A stretch of DNA of 64,000 bases, taken from Octopus vulgaris. Taxonomy: Eukaryota. The position numbers were made by a program, and so were the translations under genes. Location: positions 51,026,001-51,090,000 of the forward strand of contig OX597816.1 of NCBI GenBank assembly GCA_951406725.2. The letters are read 5' to 3'. This document shows positions 39,061 to 53,255 of this stretch, one piece after another (the stretch's first letter is position 1; every line of letters starts with the position of its first letter). The notes below the pieces were generated by a model. That model did not search any database and was not told the origin of the DNA. It was given only the letters and a program-made list of their open reading frames with translations.

Positions 39061-39446
39061 ATAGTCTATTATTTTGGCGTATAAAATCCACGTAGGAAAC
39101 AAAAATACAATAACACACATGGGAGTCGAACCCACAAATTTTATGTGCGTAATATGTGTATGAAAGGATTACACCGACATCCCAAACGGTTTCTTTATTA
39201 AATTTAAGAACTAGGATTACATAACGGACTGTAAACGTGGATATATTCTACATAAGTTAAGAAACCGAAATGAGTGAAATTTTCGAAATATAAGTATATA
39301 TTGACCATCAAAAGTCGTGTAATTTTGGGGGTATATAAATCAACGACAGAAAATATCACGAAAATATGATGGGTGGGTTCGATTCCCACACGACCTAATA
39401 CGCATCTTTTTAGTTCGTGGGTTTATATGGGTCAATATTACACTAT
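39061..39446. mobile_element. Decayed fold-back/MITE-like element
   Basis: ATAGTCTATTATT..TATAAAATCCACG..TGGGAGTCGAACCCAC is mirrored by GTGGGTTCGATTCCCA..CGTGGGTTTATA..AATATTACACTAT. Confidence 0.55.
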
Positions 39447-39525
39447 ATTCTATTGTGAAAATCTACTGTGAAAGCATATACGTAGATTTAGAAAACAAAT
39501 CTCGTCTCCGTTTTTTAATTCATCC

Positions 39526-39565
<40 letters not shown>

Positions 39566-39699
39566 ATATTGGTTTTCACGCCATTTTGTAAACAGCTTCA
39601 TTTCCAGTCACTCATTTGCCCACTCAACTAAAAGTGAGTTCCAAAATCTGCTGTTTGCAACAGACAGGCGGCTCTTCGCTGATTAGGAGCCTTCAATTG

Positions 39700-39930
39700 T
39701 ACGGAAGTAAGATCCTCATTCCAATTGTGCCAGCTATAAAATTCCTTTCATAGTAGAACAGTATATTCGTGGCACCAATACATATCTATATATGCACATT
39801 CGTTTGTAACCAAATATTCTTGTAGTATATTTGAAGATTTTTTCGTGGCAGTTACAGTTTACTATCCTTTAATTTTGCTGCAATTGTTTTAATATTTGGT
39901 GTTGTTACGGACTTTTATATGATACTCATG
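39700..39930 (-). mobile_element. Possible very decayed Naiad-like PLE remnant
   Basis: Minus-strand scraps TTPNIKTI, NCNCH and IGAT in the expected order but across frameshifts. Confidence 0.35.
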
Positions 39931-40790
39931 GAAATGAAATTCAGTTTTGCTGTAAGTTAATAGCTTTCAAATTTGCAAATTTTGGATAATTTTAGCCAAT
40001 TGAAAACCCCATAGACATTGCTGCATGTTTCCAAATGCCACGCTGGTGTCTGCTTAATGCATGTTTCCTGTCACTAAATCATTTTCATAATTTTCCTAGA
40101 CCTTCTCAACCTATATAGAAGCATAACCCCAACTTATTCGTGTAACCTTTCGTCTATTATGGAGAAATTAAAAAGTGGGTTTCTTACGTGCAACTGAAGA
40201 GTGCTATCTATTTACAAATAGACACTATATGAAGAAGAAAATGCTACGTGGGAATTTTTTACTGGGTATGCTCCCGAACACGATGCAAAGAATGTGTGTC
40301 TTCAGTAAAGATATATAACTGGAAGGTGATACCCATTCTCTTATGACTGTATTATTTTTAATTTACACGTGGGTCAAGGAATTGATTTCAGTCTGTTTTT
40401 TTGTTTCTTTTTTTTTTGTTTGAAGAGCTGGGGATGAGCCACTACGGAGCTGCTTAATTGTACACGTACGCGCCTGGCTATATCCATGCTTTTTCATGTG
40501 CTCTTAACAGTGCATACCAAAGTATTTCTTTATACTCAATGGAAAATACGAAAACCCATTCGTTAGTAAAATATTTATGCATGGATAATGCAGTGTCTAA
40601 TGGTAATTTTTGTCCACTTTTGTGAGGTTGTATTTTGACTTTTTACCAGCATAATGTCCTTTGCCACGATTTGCTTAATGTGATTAGACAATCATTTATA
40701 CACAATGTTCTCTTCTGTATCGTCTAACATTTTATTCTTTTAATGTCTAGCCGAGATTTACTATAGCTAGTGCTGTTGTTGTTGTTGTTG

Positions 40791-40792
<2 letters not shown>

Positions 40793-40830
<38 letters not shown>

Positions 40831-40837
40831 GATGATG

Positions 40838-40918
<81 letters not shown>

Positions 40919-40924
40919 AATAAT

Positions 40925-40990
<66 letters not shown>
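40793..40990. repeat. (TTA)n joined directly to (TAA)n, forming a palindromic microsatellite
   Basis: Centre TTATT|AATAA at 40915/40916. Confidence 0.95.
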
Positions 40991-40992
<2 letters not shown>

Positions 40993-42050
40993 TAAAACTA
41001 CTGAATAATAATAATAATAATGTTTTAAAACTCTTGTACCATTCAATATTTAAATGGTTCACTTTATTATTTATTACTATTGCGATTATTGAAAATAGTT
41101 TCCTCATATTTTCACAAACTTTATTTTTAACATCCTGCTACATAATGGCAATTTAAAACCGTTAATGCCTTCGAGACAAATGGGATAATATAAACTCCCA
41201 TAAATAATTATCGTCTTTTATCGACACCATAAGTTAATAGTGAAATACGAGTTTATTTTGTGTGAACTCAGAAGTGATCATTCGGTAGTCTTCAATAAGG
41301 AAAAGATAGTAAAAATATTTTTATGCATATTGTCAATGCTTTGGAGAGGATATAAGTAAAGTGACTGAAATCGTTTAAACGTTATTATCGATTGAACTGA
41401 TCAAAACTTTCTTTTATTATCTAGCGAATGATCAAAGGCGAGTTCGATATTTGCGGTGTTTGACAAAAGATGTTTAAAACTAAATACCCGAATACATTTT
41501 AATTTCACAATAATTTATCGGCTATCTCAACTATAATATTCCACTAGACCACAGCCTGTGCAAAATGCAATTCATCATGATCGTTTTGCTCTAGGAAATT
41601 ATATGCGATTCTACATAATTGTTCGCGCTAGAAAACGTAGGCGTCATGTTTAGAGCCTTAAGAATAGAAATATTTGATAATGACGTCAGCGATAAATTTT
41701 TCTTACAAACATTATATCAAGACTGACAACTATGCAGTTCAGACTTTTGGCCATTATTCACTCATGCCAGTTCTCAGCAGCAAAAATAAATGCAACGAAA
41801 TATTCTATAGCAGTTGCTGAAAATAGAATGTTTTACTTTGTACCCATAATGCACTTAACAAACTATGGCAAACTTGATCCACAGTTTAAAACTGGTATTC
41901 CTATGGCAAGATTGTTTTCTAGGGAAAAAAAATCAGTGAAAGGCGTAGGTCTGATCATAAAGTATGCATTGCAAGATCACTGTGTAGCTCGTTAACTCTC
42001 GCTCGATTTCTCTCTCTCTCTCTCTTTCTTTCTCTTTCCCCTCTCTCTCG

Positions 42051-42102
<52 letters not shown>

Positions 42103-42308
42103 CCAATAAATTATCTTTATTGCTGAAAAGAAAGAAACTGCAGTCTGAGAATAACCGAGTTAGTAAACGTTTTTATCTTCATTTCACTAAATTTATCCAG
42201 CTTCTGTGTTCCTAGCACATATTTCGCCTTAATGTACTGATATATGGAAAATATATGGCTTGTGTTAGAAATACCAGCGATTATAATTATTTTTATTTTA
42301 TCGCAATT

Positions 42309-42388
<80 letters not shown>

Positions 42389-42399
42389 CGCAATTAAAC

Positions 42400-42515
42400 C
42401 ACAGGCGTAATGTTGGTGATATCTGGGGCAAATATCTTCTAATATATCCCCCTGCTGAGCGAAGCCTTTTGAGTGGGTCTAGTAGACGAAAACTGAAAGA
42501 AGACCATGGTATGTA
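42400..42515 (+). mobile_element. SINE family A, decayed 5' half
   Basis: GGGGCAAATATCTTCTA..AAGCCTTTTGAGTGGGTCTAGTAGACGAAAACTGAAAGAAG. Confidence 0.7.
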
Positions 42516-42519
42516 TATA

Positions 42520-42565
<46 letters not shown>

Positions 42566-42592
42566 ACAGCAAAATATTTTATATCTTGGACT

Positions 42593-42655
42593 TAGAGTTA
42601 TCCAAGGTTTCGTATCCACAAAGCCAAAGCCTTGTAGACAGCTCGTCAGACTCTA
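42593..42655 (-). ncRNA. Type I hammerhead ribozyme-like motif with canonical core, in an inverted pLTR
   Basis: Minus strand TAGAGT-CTGACGA-GC-TGTCTACAAGG-CTTTGG-CTTTGTGGATA-C-GAAA-CCTTGGA-TA-ACTCTA: 6-bp stem I, 11-bp stem II with G:U pairs. Confidence 0.85.
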
Positions 42656-42694
42656 TATAAAGTCAAAAAATTCTACATAAAGGGAGTAGGTAGA

Positions 42695-43460
42695 TTGCTC
42701 TTTCAGGATATATAATAACTGTCCAATAGAAGGCCAATGCGCATTTCCAGGGGTCATTTATGAGGCTACTATGATACATAGACCTGCTATCCACATTAAG
42801 AATAATTATCAAATTAACTATATCTCATGCCAGTACAATTGCCACGCCCAGCGATATTAACCAGTTGGGACCAGCGTCACAGATGATGCACAAACAATAT
42901 AGACACAGAGTGGCCAGGCTCGCAACATATCATACCACCGGTACAATCACCATATTTAGAGATGATGACCAATTCAGGACCAGCGACATGAAAGAGGTAT
43001 CCGGCGTTCCCAGTGCCAACACCACAGATGATGACCAAATAATTATCTTCGACACGGATGAAATGACAGATCCCGCACTATATATTACGAGGGGCGCGAA
43101 TATGGCGACATCCCATGTTTGTAAATACATAGGATCTCCCAGTACTTCGTTCAAGCGACATTTTCTTAGCCACCAGTCATTCTTCAGAGTCCCAGAAACA
43201 CGGTTTGTCTCGTCCCTGGTCCGCCATATGTGGCACCTCAAAGATCAAGGGACCCCTCGTGATATCTGGTGGAAATCAATTCATCAGCCTATATATTAAT
43301 GGAAGTGGTTGTTGCAAGATCTGCATCGCTGAGAGACAAATTTCTGAAGGACTATAAGAAACCTGTCGCGTTAAACAGTCGTAAAAAAAGTGTTTTCTAA
43401 ATGTGTCCACTTCAAGCGCTACCTACTGAAGAAATGGATCTACCCGTATGCTGGTTAGGC
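42695..43460 (+). mobile_element. Penelope-like element remnant, Naiad-like GIY-YIG domain
   Basis: NNCPIEGQCAFPGVIYEAT ... KYIGSPSTSFKRHFLSHQSFFR..SLVRHMWHLKDQG..IWWK..CKICIAER..LNSRK..KCVH. Confidence 0.88.
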
Positions 43461-43602
43461 CTTTTCGGGTCTAGAAGTGCTGTCTCAAAGGAGACAACCC
43501 GTTCTCATTAACGTTTTCCTTTTTTTTGTTATGACGTATTTCTCGATTCCTAAACGTTTCCTCACGTCCGCGATGTAGACATTTTAAATGTATGTCTTTA
43601 TA

Positions 43603-43665
43603 TAGAGACTGCCAAGCTGTTCGCAAGTCTTTGGCTTTGTGCATACGAAATCTTGGGTAACTCTA
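43603..43665 (+). ncRNA. Decayed sister hammerhead copy in the 3' pLTR (inverted repeat of 42586-42662)
   Basis: TAGAGA-CTGCCAA-GCTGTTCGCAAG..CTTTGTGCATAC-GAAA-TCTTGGG-TA-ACTCTA; core mutated. Confidence 0.7.
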
Positions 43666-45049
43666 TGTCCAATATTTTAAATGTTTGTTGTAAAAACTAC
43701 TGCTCTATACTTAAGAGTGTTTTTCTTTTTGATATTTAAGTGCGTATGTCGTTGTTTCTGAGCGTGTGCCTCGCAACTACATGACAACGGGTGTTGCTGT
43801 ATTTATGCATCTGTAACGTAACAGGTCGACAATGGTGTAAATACTGTGGATGACGTCAGTTAACCATAGGCATGGAACGTGCTGCACCCGCTAGACTATT
43901 ATCTTTACTGAATGTATTATATATTATCTTTACTGAATGTCCCAGGTATGTAACGTGGCTTATAATGAATGCTAAAATATATATCCGGTTATATTGAGAA
44001 AAGTCTGATAGCACATGAATGTCATATCAGAAATATATTAATTCGAAATAACTGACTCTAATTTTAAATAAATTCACCGATCATAGAAAACAGTGACTGT
44101 AAATAATGTAGGAACACGATTGTCAAGCAAATATATTCCATATAGAGTGCCTTGTCGTAAGGGGACATGTGGCAGACTCCAAATAAAGAACAATGATGTG
44201 GCTAAACGTAAAAACAAAATAGGTCATCAATGCTCGCTGTTGGAGAATACGAATTGAGGATAGATGCCGCTGGAGTGAAGAAATTCATTTGCTTCTGCAC
44301 ACTTGTTTCAACTTATATGAATAGTCATCTTTGATAGTCGACAAAGAATATGTGGGCCATGCTTAAAGAAATTGTATTTAATTTCTCCTAGCTTTTTCCG
44401 TATGTTATTTTATATCGACATAGTAAATATTTTGACTCATATTTCCTGCTATTGAAGAGTTTGTATATCATATATTAATATGTTATCTTCAAAAAACAGC
44501 CGATAAATTACAATTCAAGAATGTAATTAATGTGGAACAGGTGTATCAAATAATGCATATGATTTTTGAAAGAAGGCAACTGAATACATAATACGCAATA
44601 TGAAAAGGAATCTCTAGTCTAAAAGTTGAATATGTTGTGGGAAAGGACGATTGCAGTAAAATCTAAATAATAAAGTAGGTTACATATTAGTGCAAATTTT
44701 GATTACTTGCCTTGGGACCCGATTAACAATTTGAAAGGAAAATTGATGGCCAATTTACTCGATAAAAATATACTTTGCATTACCAAAATACGAAGTATAA
44801 ATGCACAAACCCGCGGGATTTGAACTAATTGTTTTAAGTAATAAAGCTAAATGCTGTACAGCGTTGACAGTTGCACTGTAAGTTTGCCTGCCATGTCAAC
44901 GTCCTCAGAAAGTCTATAATTTTTATGCTTTTCACAGTAAAGTTTTTCTAAATCAGTGTATGCAAACAGAGGAAATAATTATAGAATGCATTATCGTAGG
45001 TCAACATGAAAATTGCAGAACTGGATGGCTTTAAATATTGATTTAAAAT

Positions 45050-45810
45050 TTTAGCACAAGGCTTGAAATTTGTGGTGACGCGCTAAGTTGATTAAATCGA
45101 TTCAAGAGATCAACCGGTACTTATTTTACCGACACCGAAATTTTGAAAGGCAAAGTCCTCCTCAGCAGAATGTCAACTTAAAACGTAGATATATCGCTAA
45201 ACATTTTCGCCAGCGTGCTAACAATTCTGCTAGCAAACCACTTAGAATGGCTCTAAATATGACTTTGAAATTCTGAAAACATATCAACATTTCTTGGAGA
45301 CGATGCAAGTCGATTTCAATGACTGTAGTGCTCAACTGGTCCTTACTTCATAGACTCTGAAATGATGAAAGACAAATTCGACTGCAGCGGTGTTTAAACT
45401 CAGAGGATAAAGAAGTACGAAATGCCGCTAAGTATTTCGACAGGTGTGCTAAATATTCTGCCAACTCCCTGCCTTGGGATGGATTTAAATAGTATCAGAC
45501 AGATTAAGATAAACCTAAGTACCTGATGAGTTTTATAGATTTGCATATCACATGCGACAGAGTGTTTTTAAAATGTATTTTACATCGTCTGAGCTCATAA
45601 TTCTTTTTACATAATTCTTTTTCCTAAGCAAGGCCTGACACTTTATGGGGAGGGGGTAGTCATTTACATCTACAATGGATCTTACCAAATCCTTATTTTA
45701 TCGAGCCCAAAATGTTGAAACTCAAAATTGACCTCAGCGGATTTTGCACTTAGAATGTACAGAGAGACCAAATGCGTCTTAGCATTTTGTCCGTTGCGGT
45801 AACACCTTCG
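45050..45810 (-). mobile_element. Cluster of three decayed same-orientation SINE family B copies (about 45050-45243, 45275-45475, 45625-45810)
   Basis: Each shows CTTA.TT.A..GA....AA...TGAAA...AAA....C.CAGC.G and GCT.A..ATTT..; heads lie at the right end. Confidence 0.7.
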
Positions 45811-48800
45811 TTTTGACCAGTAATCGCATGAATTATATCTTGAAACATCACAGGCTCTCACATCTCTCTTCCAAACATTACAGAATATTGAACTGTTTCA
45901 TTGGCAACTATAACATATTAGAGCATAATACCTTTTTAGCTCTAAAGGAATCTTAATTACAATCCATTCATGCTATACAATCGATTTAATATTCAATGAA
46001 ATACTTGATTTTAGAAACAACGGAAAATTTGATACATTTGACTGCTGGGAAAAGATTACCTTCTATGCACTGCCATAACAGAAAGGTTAACATAAATGTA
46101 AACAATTGTGCAGTTAAGTGCTAATTAATAGAAACAATGAGTTGATCGTCTAATACACTATGTCCAGTGTTTGTGAAATTATGATAAGGATTGGAAGTTA
46201 AGACACCAATTATATAAAGTAGATGAGAAAAAAGGGAAATATTCCAGAAAACTAACGAAATAAATAGAATTATTGATGAGAATCTTCGATAAGATTAAAT
46301 CAATGAATGGCTTGAGGAAGAACAACACAGCTCACGCTGTAATCCCAAGTGGACGATCCAAAGTGACAAGAATATATCGGCTGATGTCAGCTTTCGTTCT
46401 TACAGAGGATCTTTCATTCTGCTGCTGTCTTTCTACATGTCACATGCATCCATCTCATATTTATTTCCTCATTCAATCTTGAATATTAGAACATTTGTCA
46501 GTTTGAGATTACAGAAAAGCATAGAAGTCGCGATATTTAAGTATTTAGACATGACAGTTTTTATTTCATTCAACCTCACGCTGTTGTCAGTTTTGTCAGC
46601 CAGTATAAATATATTTTTGGATTGTACTCAATCAACTCAATACACTCGTATCCGTATTTCTATTATGATTTGCATACGCATGTGTGTATGTGTGTGTAGC
46701 AAGAGAAATAGACTGATAAACAGATAAATAAATATGAATATCAACGTGCGTATAGATTTATGTTAGAATGCAACAACACCTACAGATGCCCATTCCTTTT
46801 AATGTCTGTCGGATGTTGTAGTTTCTTTCTTGCAAAAAGTTATGTGATGTATTTCTTATGGTTTTCGTTGGGCTGTTTTAACAATCTATTGATTACTTTC
46901 AACAAGCCAGAAGGCTCTTTTTGTATTCTCATTCAGTATAGAAGCCTGAGTTTACTTTATTATATTGTTGATAAATGAGCAGTATTCAGTAAACTTTGTG
47001 CACTATGACACAAAAAAAAAACTGTCAATGATCATCTTCTCTCTTGGACTATAAGACACGTCACAGAATGAGGTATTCATTGCCGCAACGCTTCACACCA
47101 CTGGTGGTGACACCTATTAGTGGCGTAGTGAGCCTTGAAAAGGTATGACATATGCAATACACCCAATGCTAGCGGCTCGTTGAGTGCGCGATGTATTCTA
47201 TGTTATAAATAAAATAAATCAAGTAAGTTGTTATATTAAGTTAAACAACTTTTCCAAATATGTTGCCAGTAATTAGAATATAAATCGGTCATTGCGTTAT
47301 CAATTGAAAAAGAACCATGAATGATAATGCACAGATGGCGAATATAGATTCATTATAGGTATTTAAACATAAGGTCACTAACGTATGCTTATATCTAAAG
47401 AGCTTCAATTGACGGATGGGATTATATCGTTAAAATAGATTATAAATTACCGCAGAAGGACAACTTAGAAGTTTGATTATTGTTGTTTTTGTGGTACATT
47501 TCATCGTTGATTGCAAAAAAGGAGCGGGTTATAAAAGGTTAACTAGTGAAAAGTGGTGTTGAGTTTCAAAGCATCGAGAATCACAGTTGCACACTGCTAC
47601 TCAACTAGGTAAAGATATTAGTCAAATACCTCTGAATCGGTTTTTACAAGATGCATTCTGCATTCATAGATACATTACAATGAGAAAAATACGAACATAA
47701 TAGACGGAATCGTAGGAGTCCCAATCCTTTCTACCTCAGGAATGTTCTGCATGATCCGACCTGTCCTTCACAGCAGAAACTACAATGATAGCTAGGATTA
47801 AAGCTTGTAAATTTGAATAATAATTCTAATAATGTTTAATATTTAAAATTACAGCATCCATGGCTCCCAAGTAGCCAACCATCTAGGTATTAGCTAGGCA
47901 TGACAAACAGCGCTTCCAATGTGACATAGGTTTCTCTCATCATAGTATAACATTCCAGTAAGGCAAAGAACATTAAAGAAATAATGTTTATCATCTTCCT
48001 ATTAATATGCAGTAAGTCAATGAAAACTGTTCTAGCTAAGATACACCTTGCTCTAAGGCATTCATTAAAACAATTTAAATAATGAAGTAATTCAAGATAT
48101 TTGAGAAATGTGTTATCAGCTGAAGCGAACAGATATCACTTATATTATTTTCATATACCGACCCACATGAGATGGTTGTAAGACAACATGCACAGTGAGA
48201 TAACAGAACGAAGATTCAATTGACTATTATGAACTGAAAAATAATAATAGGAGAAATTATCGTAATTGTAGCATCATATTTCAAAATTTTGTAAATTGTT
48301 TTTAATGTTGAGAAATAAGGACCAAGATTGTGTCTTACATTTTATCTAAGCAGAAATGATTGGAACTAAATATGAACGAAGAAGTTTTGATTATATCATT
48401 TAGCCCGTCACAGTATATGAGTTTAAAATGTAGGAATGAACTTGAGAACGTGTTATTATTGTCTGTCTTTATTTTTCTCACTCGCTCTATCACTCTTTAT
48501 CTATCTCTACCTCTCCTTTTATAATCACACACACGCACACATACATACACAGCATTACGATTGCTTAGTTGATCTCCAGTACAGTGTTGAAAGGTTTTTT
48601 GAGTGAATGTAATTTATATTTCCCAAAATAGATTTATTTGGCTTTTGTTGCATCAAAGTATATTCCTGGAACATACTTAAGTTTCTCAAAGTGGAAATGC
48701 ACCAAAGAATTTGTTCACCACTCAAAGCATCTTAGAATAATAATGAATTGTTCAAAATTTCAATTGTAATTCAAAATCAATGTCCTTTTAAAAGTAGAAT

Positions 48801-50131
48801 GAAGATAAAACAATTTTGATTTGATATAAAGCTCAAAGATAGTTGAAGATATATTAGTCTTCTTAGCTGTTAGATAGAGGTGTAATGGTCCTAAAATTTA
48901 CGAATCTATAACATTTAACAATAAAATATCAATATTGAGTGTAGAAAAAAAGGTTCTCTGAACAACTGAGAAGTGTAATGTTTCTCTAGCAATTAGTTTT
49001 TGTTTTTACTTAGCTATATATTTTCAAAAACAAACTAATTCGCCATTTACTCCACACATTAACAAAGGAAAGAAATAGTAATCATTTAAAGCTACATATA
49101 GCGCACGATAATAGAAATAAGAAACAAGCAAAAATTAGATGTTTCACAATAATGGTTTTTGCTGCAGTCCTCGTATTTTCGTGGCTGTTAATGCCCGTTA
49201 TTTTTCTTATCTTTTATTTTTTTTTGTATTCCACTTCACCATAAATGGAATGCCTCCATAAATCTTCTCTGTTTCATTAAGCTCAAACAATGAGATGTTA
49301 CGTGTCCTCGTGTAAAATTATGTGTACTTTCTGCAGTCTGGACTTCTGCTCCATAAACAAGAATAATCTCTACATCCGATCTGAAATAATTTTGCTCTAT
49401 CCGTTATTCAATCCTTTTTAGATGTAAAACATTTTAAAAAATACTATGGCTTTATATTTTATTTCCACGTAAGATTACATTCCACTAAATAAGATTACAT
49501 TGTATATATTTCATGATTCAATCCATATTATTGAATCGCTGAAATATCATATATATGAGTTTTATTTCGCTTACTAGATTCGTAACAACCTCGCAGATAA
49601 ATCGTCAAAGGTATAGTCTCGATTACATGGACGTCGACAGATATTTTAACAATTGGCTCTTGAAAGGAAACAGGAAGAGTACTACCTTAGCGGGGTTTGA
49701 TTTATGAATGTAAATGCATGAAACTAAATGCGTAAGTACATTTTATCAAAAGCACTACAGAATATACGATTTAGACATCTTATTTCTTTTACGAAGCAGG
49801 TATATAACATTTTGGACATAAAGGTGAGTTTCACATTTCCCTTTTAATTATAGGATTAGGTGATTCATTTATGTAATTACGTTCGTGCATTGAAGGAGAG
49901 GCTGCATTTGCACATGCACGCAATAACTGTACCTGCAGTTCAGACTATAGTTATGAGGAACTCTATGAATCTCTTATTTAGTTGCAGGCGTCAATTTACT
50001 TGAAAATAAGAATAACAGAGAAAAGTTATGCACACGATAAATATGTGTGTATGTGTGTGTGTGCTTGAGTACGTGTGCATATGTGTATGCACACGATATA
50101 TGTGAGTTTATGTGCGTGTATATATATTTAT

Positions 50132-50132
<1 letters not shown>

Positions 50133-50183
<51 letters not shown>
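50133..50183. repeat. (GATA)n microsatellite
   Basis: Direct reading. Confidence 0.95.
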
Positions 50184-50244
50184 GTATACATGTAAATATA
50201 TTGTCTCAATGACAATGCAAAAATGGGCTTGATATAAATATATT

Positions 50245-50288
<44 letters not shown>

Positions 50289-50755
50289 ATGTATAGAATT
50301 TATCCATAGACTCATATGGAAGGCATACCACTTTGATATGAAAACCGATGCACTAATAAGTAGCGAGAGTGAAGCAAAAGACCAACTACTAGGTAGAAAA
50401 TTTAACACCAAAAATTACCCACCACCACCAAAACCTTGCAGGTCTTGAGGCCGATTCATGGAAAATTAGTAAAAATGTTAAATCTTAAAAGTATCACCAT
50501 AGAGGTAATGAATACTTGATGAAGCTAAGACGCATTGTATCGCAACTTAGAGATAAGAATGGGATAATTGTTCAGAATCAACCAGTTCGAATATGAACAT
50601 TTTCAATTAATTTAACTTAATTTGATTTCTCTAATTGTATTAATAGGATATGGGAACGGCTGTAGGGATAAGAATTTCATATTATATTAATTTCAAAATC
50701 TTTGAATAAACCTTTGTCTATACGTTAATTTCTCCATTTTTCTTCCTTTCTCATT

Positions 50756-50812
<57 letters not shown>

Positions 50813-51724
50813 GCACACACACACACACATACACACACGCAGACACACACACAAACACACACATATATATGTGTATATATATATGTGTATTGTAAAAATG
50901 TTTTTCTGCAGAGGTTCCGAAAAGTAAAAAAAAATAAATGCATATATATTCCATTAACCGCAATGCTATATATATATATAATTTTATGACATATTTCTTC
51001 CTCTAGAAAGAAATACAAATTATTCAAAATCCCTGGAACATTGTTCTTATCAACAGTCACGCAGCCAGTTACCGGAGTCAACGTCCATAATTGAGCTGTT
51101 GATTTTATTCTGCTGCTATTATCAGATGCAATTCTATTAGTTATTGCATTGTTTGAAAATATTCCTACACATAATATTTCGACCTGTAATTCGCAGTTCA
51201 ATGATTTGATAGTAATCCAAAAGATTGATCGCTTTTATTTCCGTTATTTCAGGAAGCAGTTGATATCAGACAACACAGTGTAGGACATCCCCGACGAGTG
51301 CACATAGTCAGCACAGAAAAGATATTTGATAGAATTTTACAACAGCCGAACTTTATCGCTGACTGTCAAAATAAGACAGCCGTGATGTGATTCAAATTGG
51401 CATTTCGTATCAAAGAGTAAGCATAGAATGTCTGATATTATTTGACATGTCAATATGCTTTAAAGTACATTATATTTGGTAGACTTCGCATAATACTACA
51501 TTTTTCCCATTTTGTCCTTGTCAATACAATGCATTTGTAGTTAAAAGATCCATTGCAGCGGATAAATAAATGTATAAAACGTCTTTACATATCAGAAGTT
51601 TAAGTCGTTTCAGAAATATATGATCCAAAGAGTGATAATTTTCAAAATGTCTTTACTAATAGTAGTTCTGTTAGTGCATAGTGTATATAAAATTGGAAAA
51701 TTTATTTTACGATTCCAAAGTTCT

Positions 51725-53255
51725 AATACCCCCTCTCTTTTATTTGGATCCTTTTTCAGCTGTAGCACTGCTCCTCGGCTCACCGATTTGATAATTCTCC
51801 CATTCTCTTGCCAGTTGCAGCAAATATCTCCTTAGAATCCTGCAAGCAAGTCTGGCATACAATAATAAATCTTGTAGGTCAGACCATCTAATCCCAGATA
51901 TCCGCCCCCCCCCATATACGCAGCCCATTATGTCGCCCCGTATTTCCTGAAATGTTATCGATCTTTCACAATATTCAGCATCTCTTGCTGTGAATCGTGG
52001 CAAGCCATCGATATAGGTAGTGATATCCATCCTGCGATCTGACCCACCATTCGTCCCGAACAATTCAACAAAATGCTGCTGAAAAGCTGCCCACACCTAC
52101 CCCGGCTAGTTTACCGTGCACCCATTTTGGTCCACCAAAGACGGAATTGAATATTTGTTGTCATTTTGCACCTTAGTCGCCCGGGGCCATCAGGCAGCAT
52201 TAGTTTCCTCTTGTCTCAGAGCACGTGCCTTAGATTTTACAATGCAACTTTCGTGCTTGGCGTAGAAATGGTCATCGAGGGCCAACCTCGCTGCTAGCAC
52301 GACGGTTGCAATGCCTTTCCTAAGCGCCTCTTTTAGCTTTCTCACTAATTCTACCTCTAGCCTATTTCTTTCTACAGCTAAAACTGCTAAATCTGATTCT
52401 ACGGTGATGGATTTTTTTAATACCGTTTATTGTTGACGATTGCCCCCGTCAAAGCTTTCTGAACTAACTCTTTGATCCGTTCTCTGTAAGCTTGCCATGC
52501 AGGAGTGACATGTTCAACTTCCAATAGCCGGGTCACTGTCTAAATATGCTATAGAAGGCGATCGTACAGGTCAACAATGTATGATCAGTGTAGCTGACTA
52601 TTTGAAATAATGGACAACTAACACTACCCGTATCTAAAGACCTCCAAAATACTCTACCTAGATACGATCTGGATGATCCGATACGGTTTGCCCATATCCA
52701 CATTAGCACATTCGAGAAATCCAGTCAGTACCAGTCAGACAATTGAAAGTGTTTCAGCAGGTTTGAGAGGGTTTTGCAACCCCCTTTCTTATCGGCTAGC
52801 CCCACACAATCCAGTTGTGCATCTAAGATGTCGTTGAATTCACCGACTAACACTAAAGGTAGGGACGTAGCCTGGAAAACAACCAGACATCCAGACGCTT
52901 GAAGTATTCCGACTGTGCTGCACCTGTCTGTGCGTAGACAGCCACCATTCTGAAGGCCCTACCGTTACTACCATTCACATGCAGGACCAGCTGTTTACCT
53001 TCTGGGTCCAGGAAGACTGGCATTTTGAGATCCAGATCTTTCCGAAAAAATACTGCCCATTCCCCGCCGACACAGAGATGCATAGATCTTGTAGTAATCG
53101 AAACGGGGCATGAAAGCTCACTGTTCGGTTAGTCTGCATTCACTTATGGGTATTACATCTATTCCGCGTGACTTGAGTTCGTTGAGTAGGTGCCCTTGCT
53201 TGCAAGTGGACACCGGGCCATGTACATTTATGCAAACTATTTCAGGTATGACCAT
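51725..53255 (-). pseudogene. Tx1/L1-clade LINE ORF2 N-terminal part (APE endonuclease to start of RT), frameshifted and 3'-truncated
   Basis: MVIPEIVCINVHG..DVIPISECRL..DPEGKQLVL..VAVYAQT..LVGEFNDILD..YTDH..GYWKLNMSLL..FQQHFVELF..SITFQEI. Confidence 0.9.

Noticed and set aside
43510-43580. ATGA..AAA..GA in the 3' region of the Naiad-like remnant as a SECIS
   Set aside because: Spacing is 17 nt rather than 11-12 and helix II does not pair.
45522-45580. CTGATGAG
   Set aside because: No stem II or GAAA follows.
50510-50570. TTGATGA-AG-CTAAG..CTTAG hairpin
   Set aside because: GAAA and stems I/III are absent.
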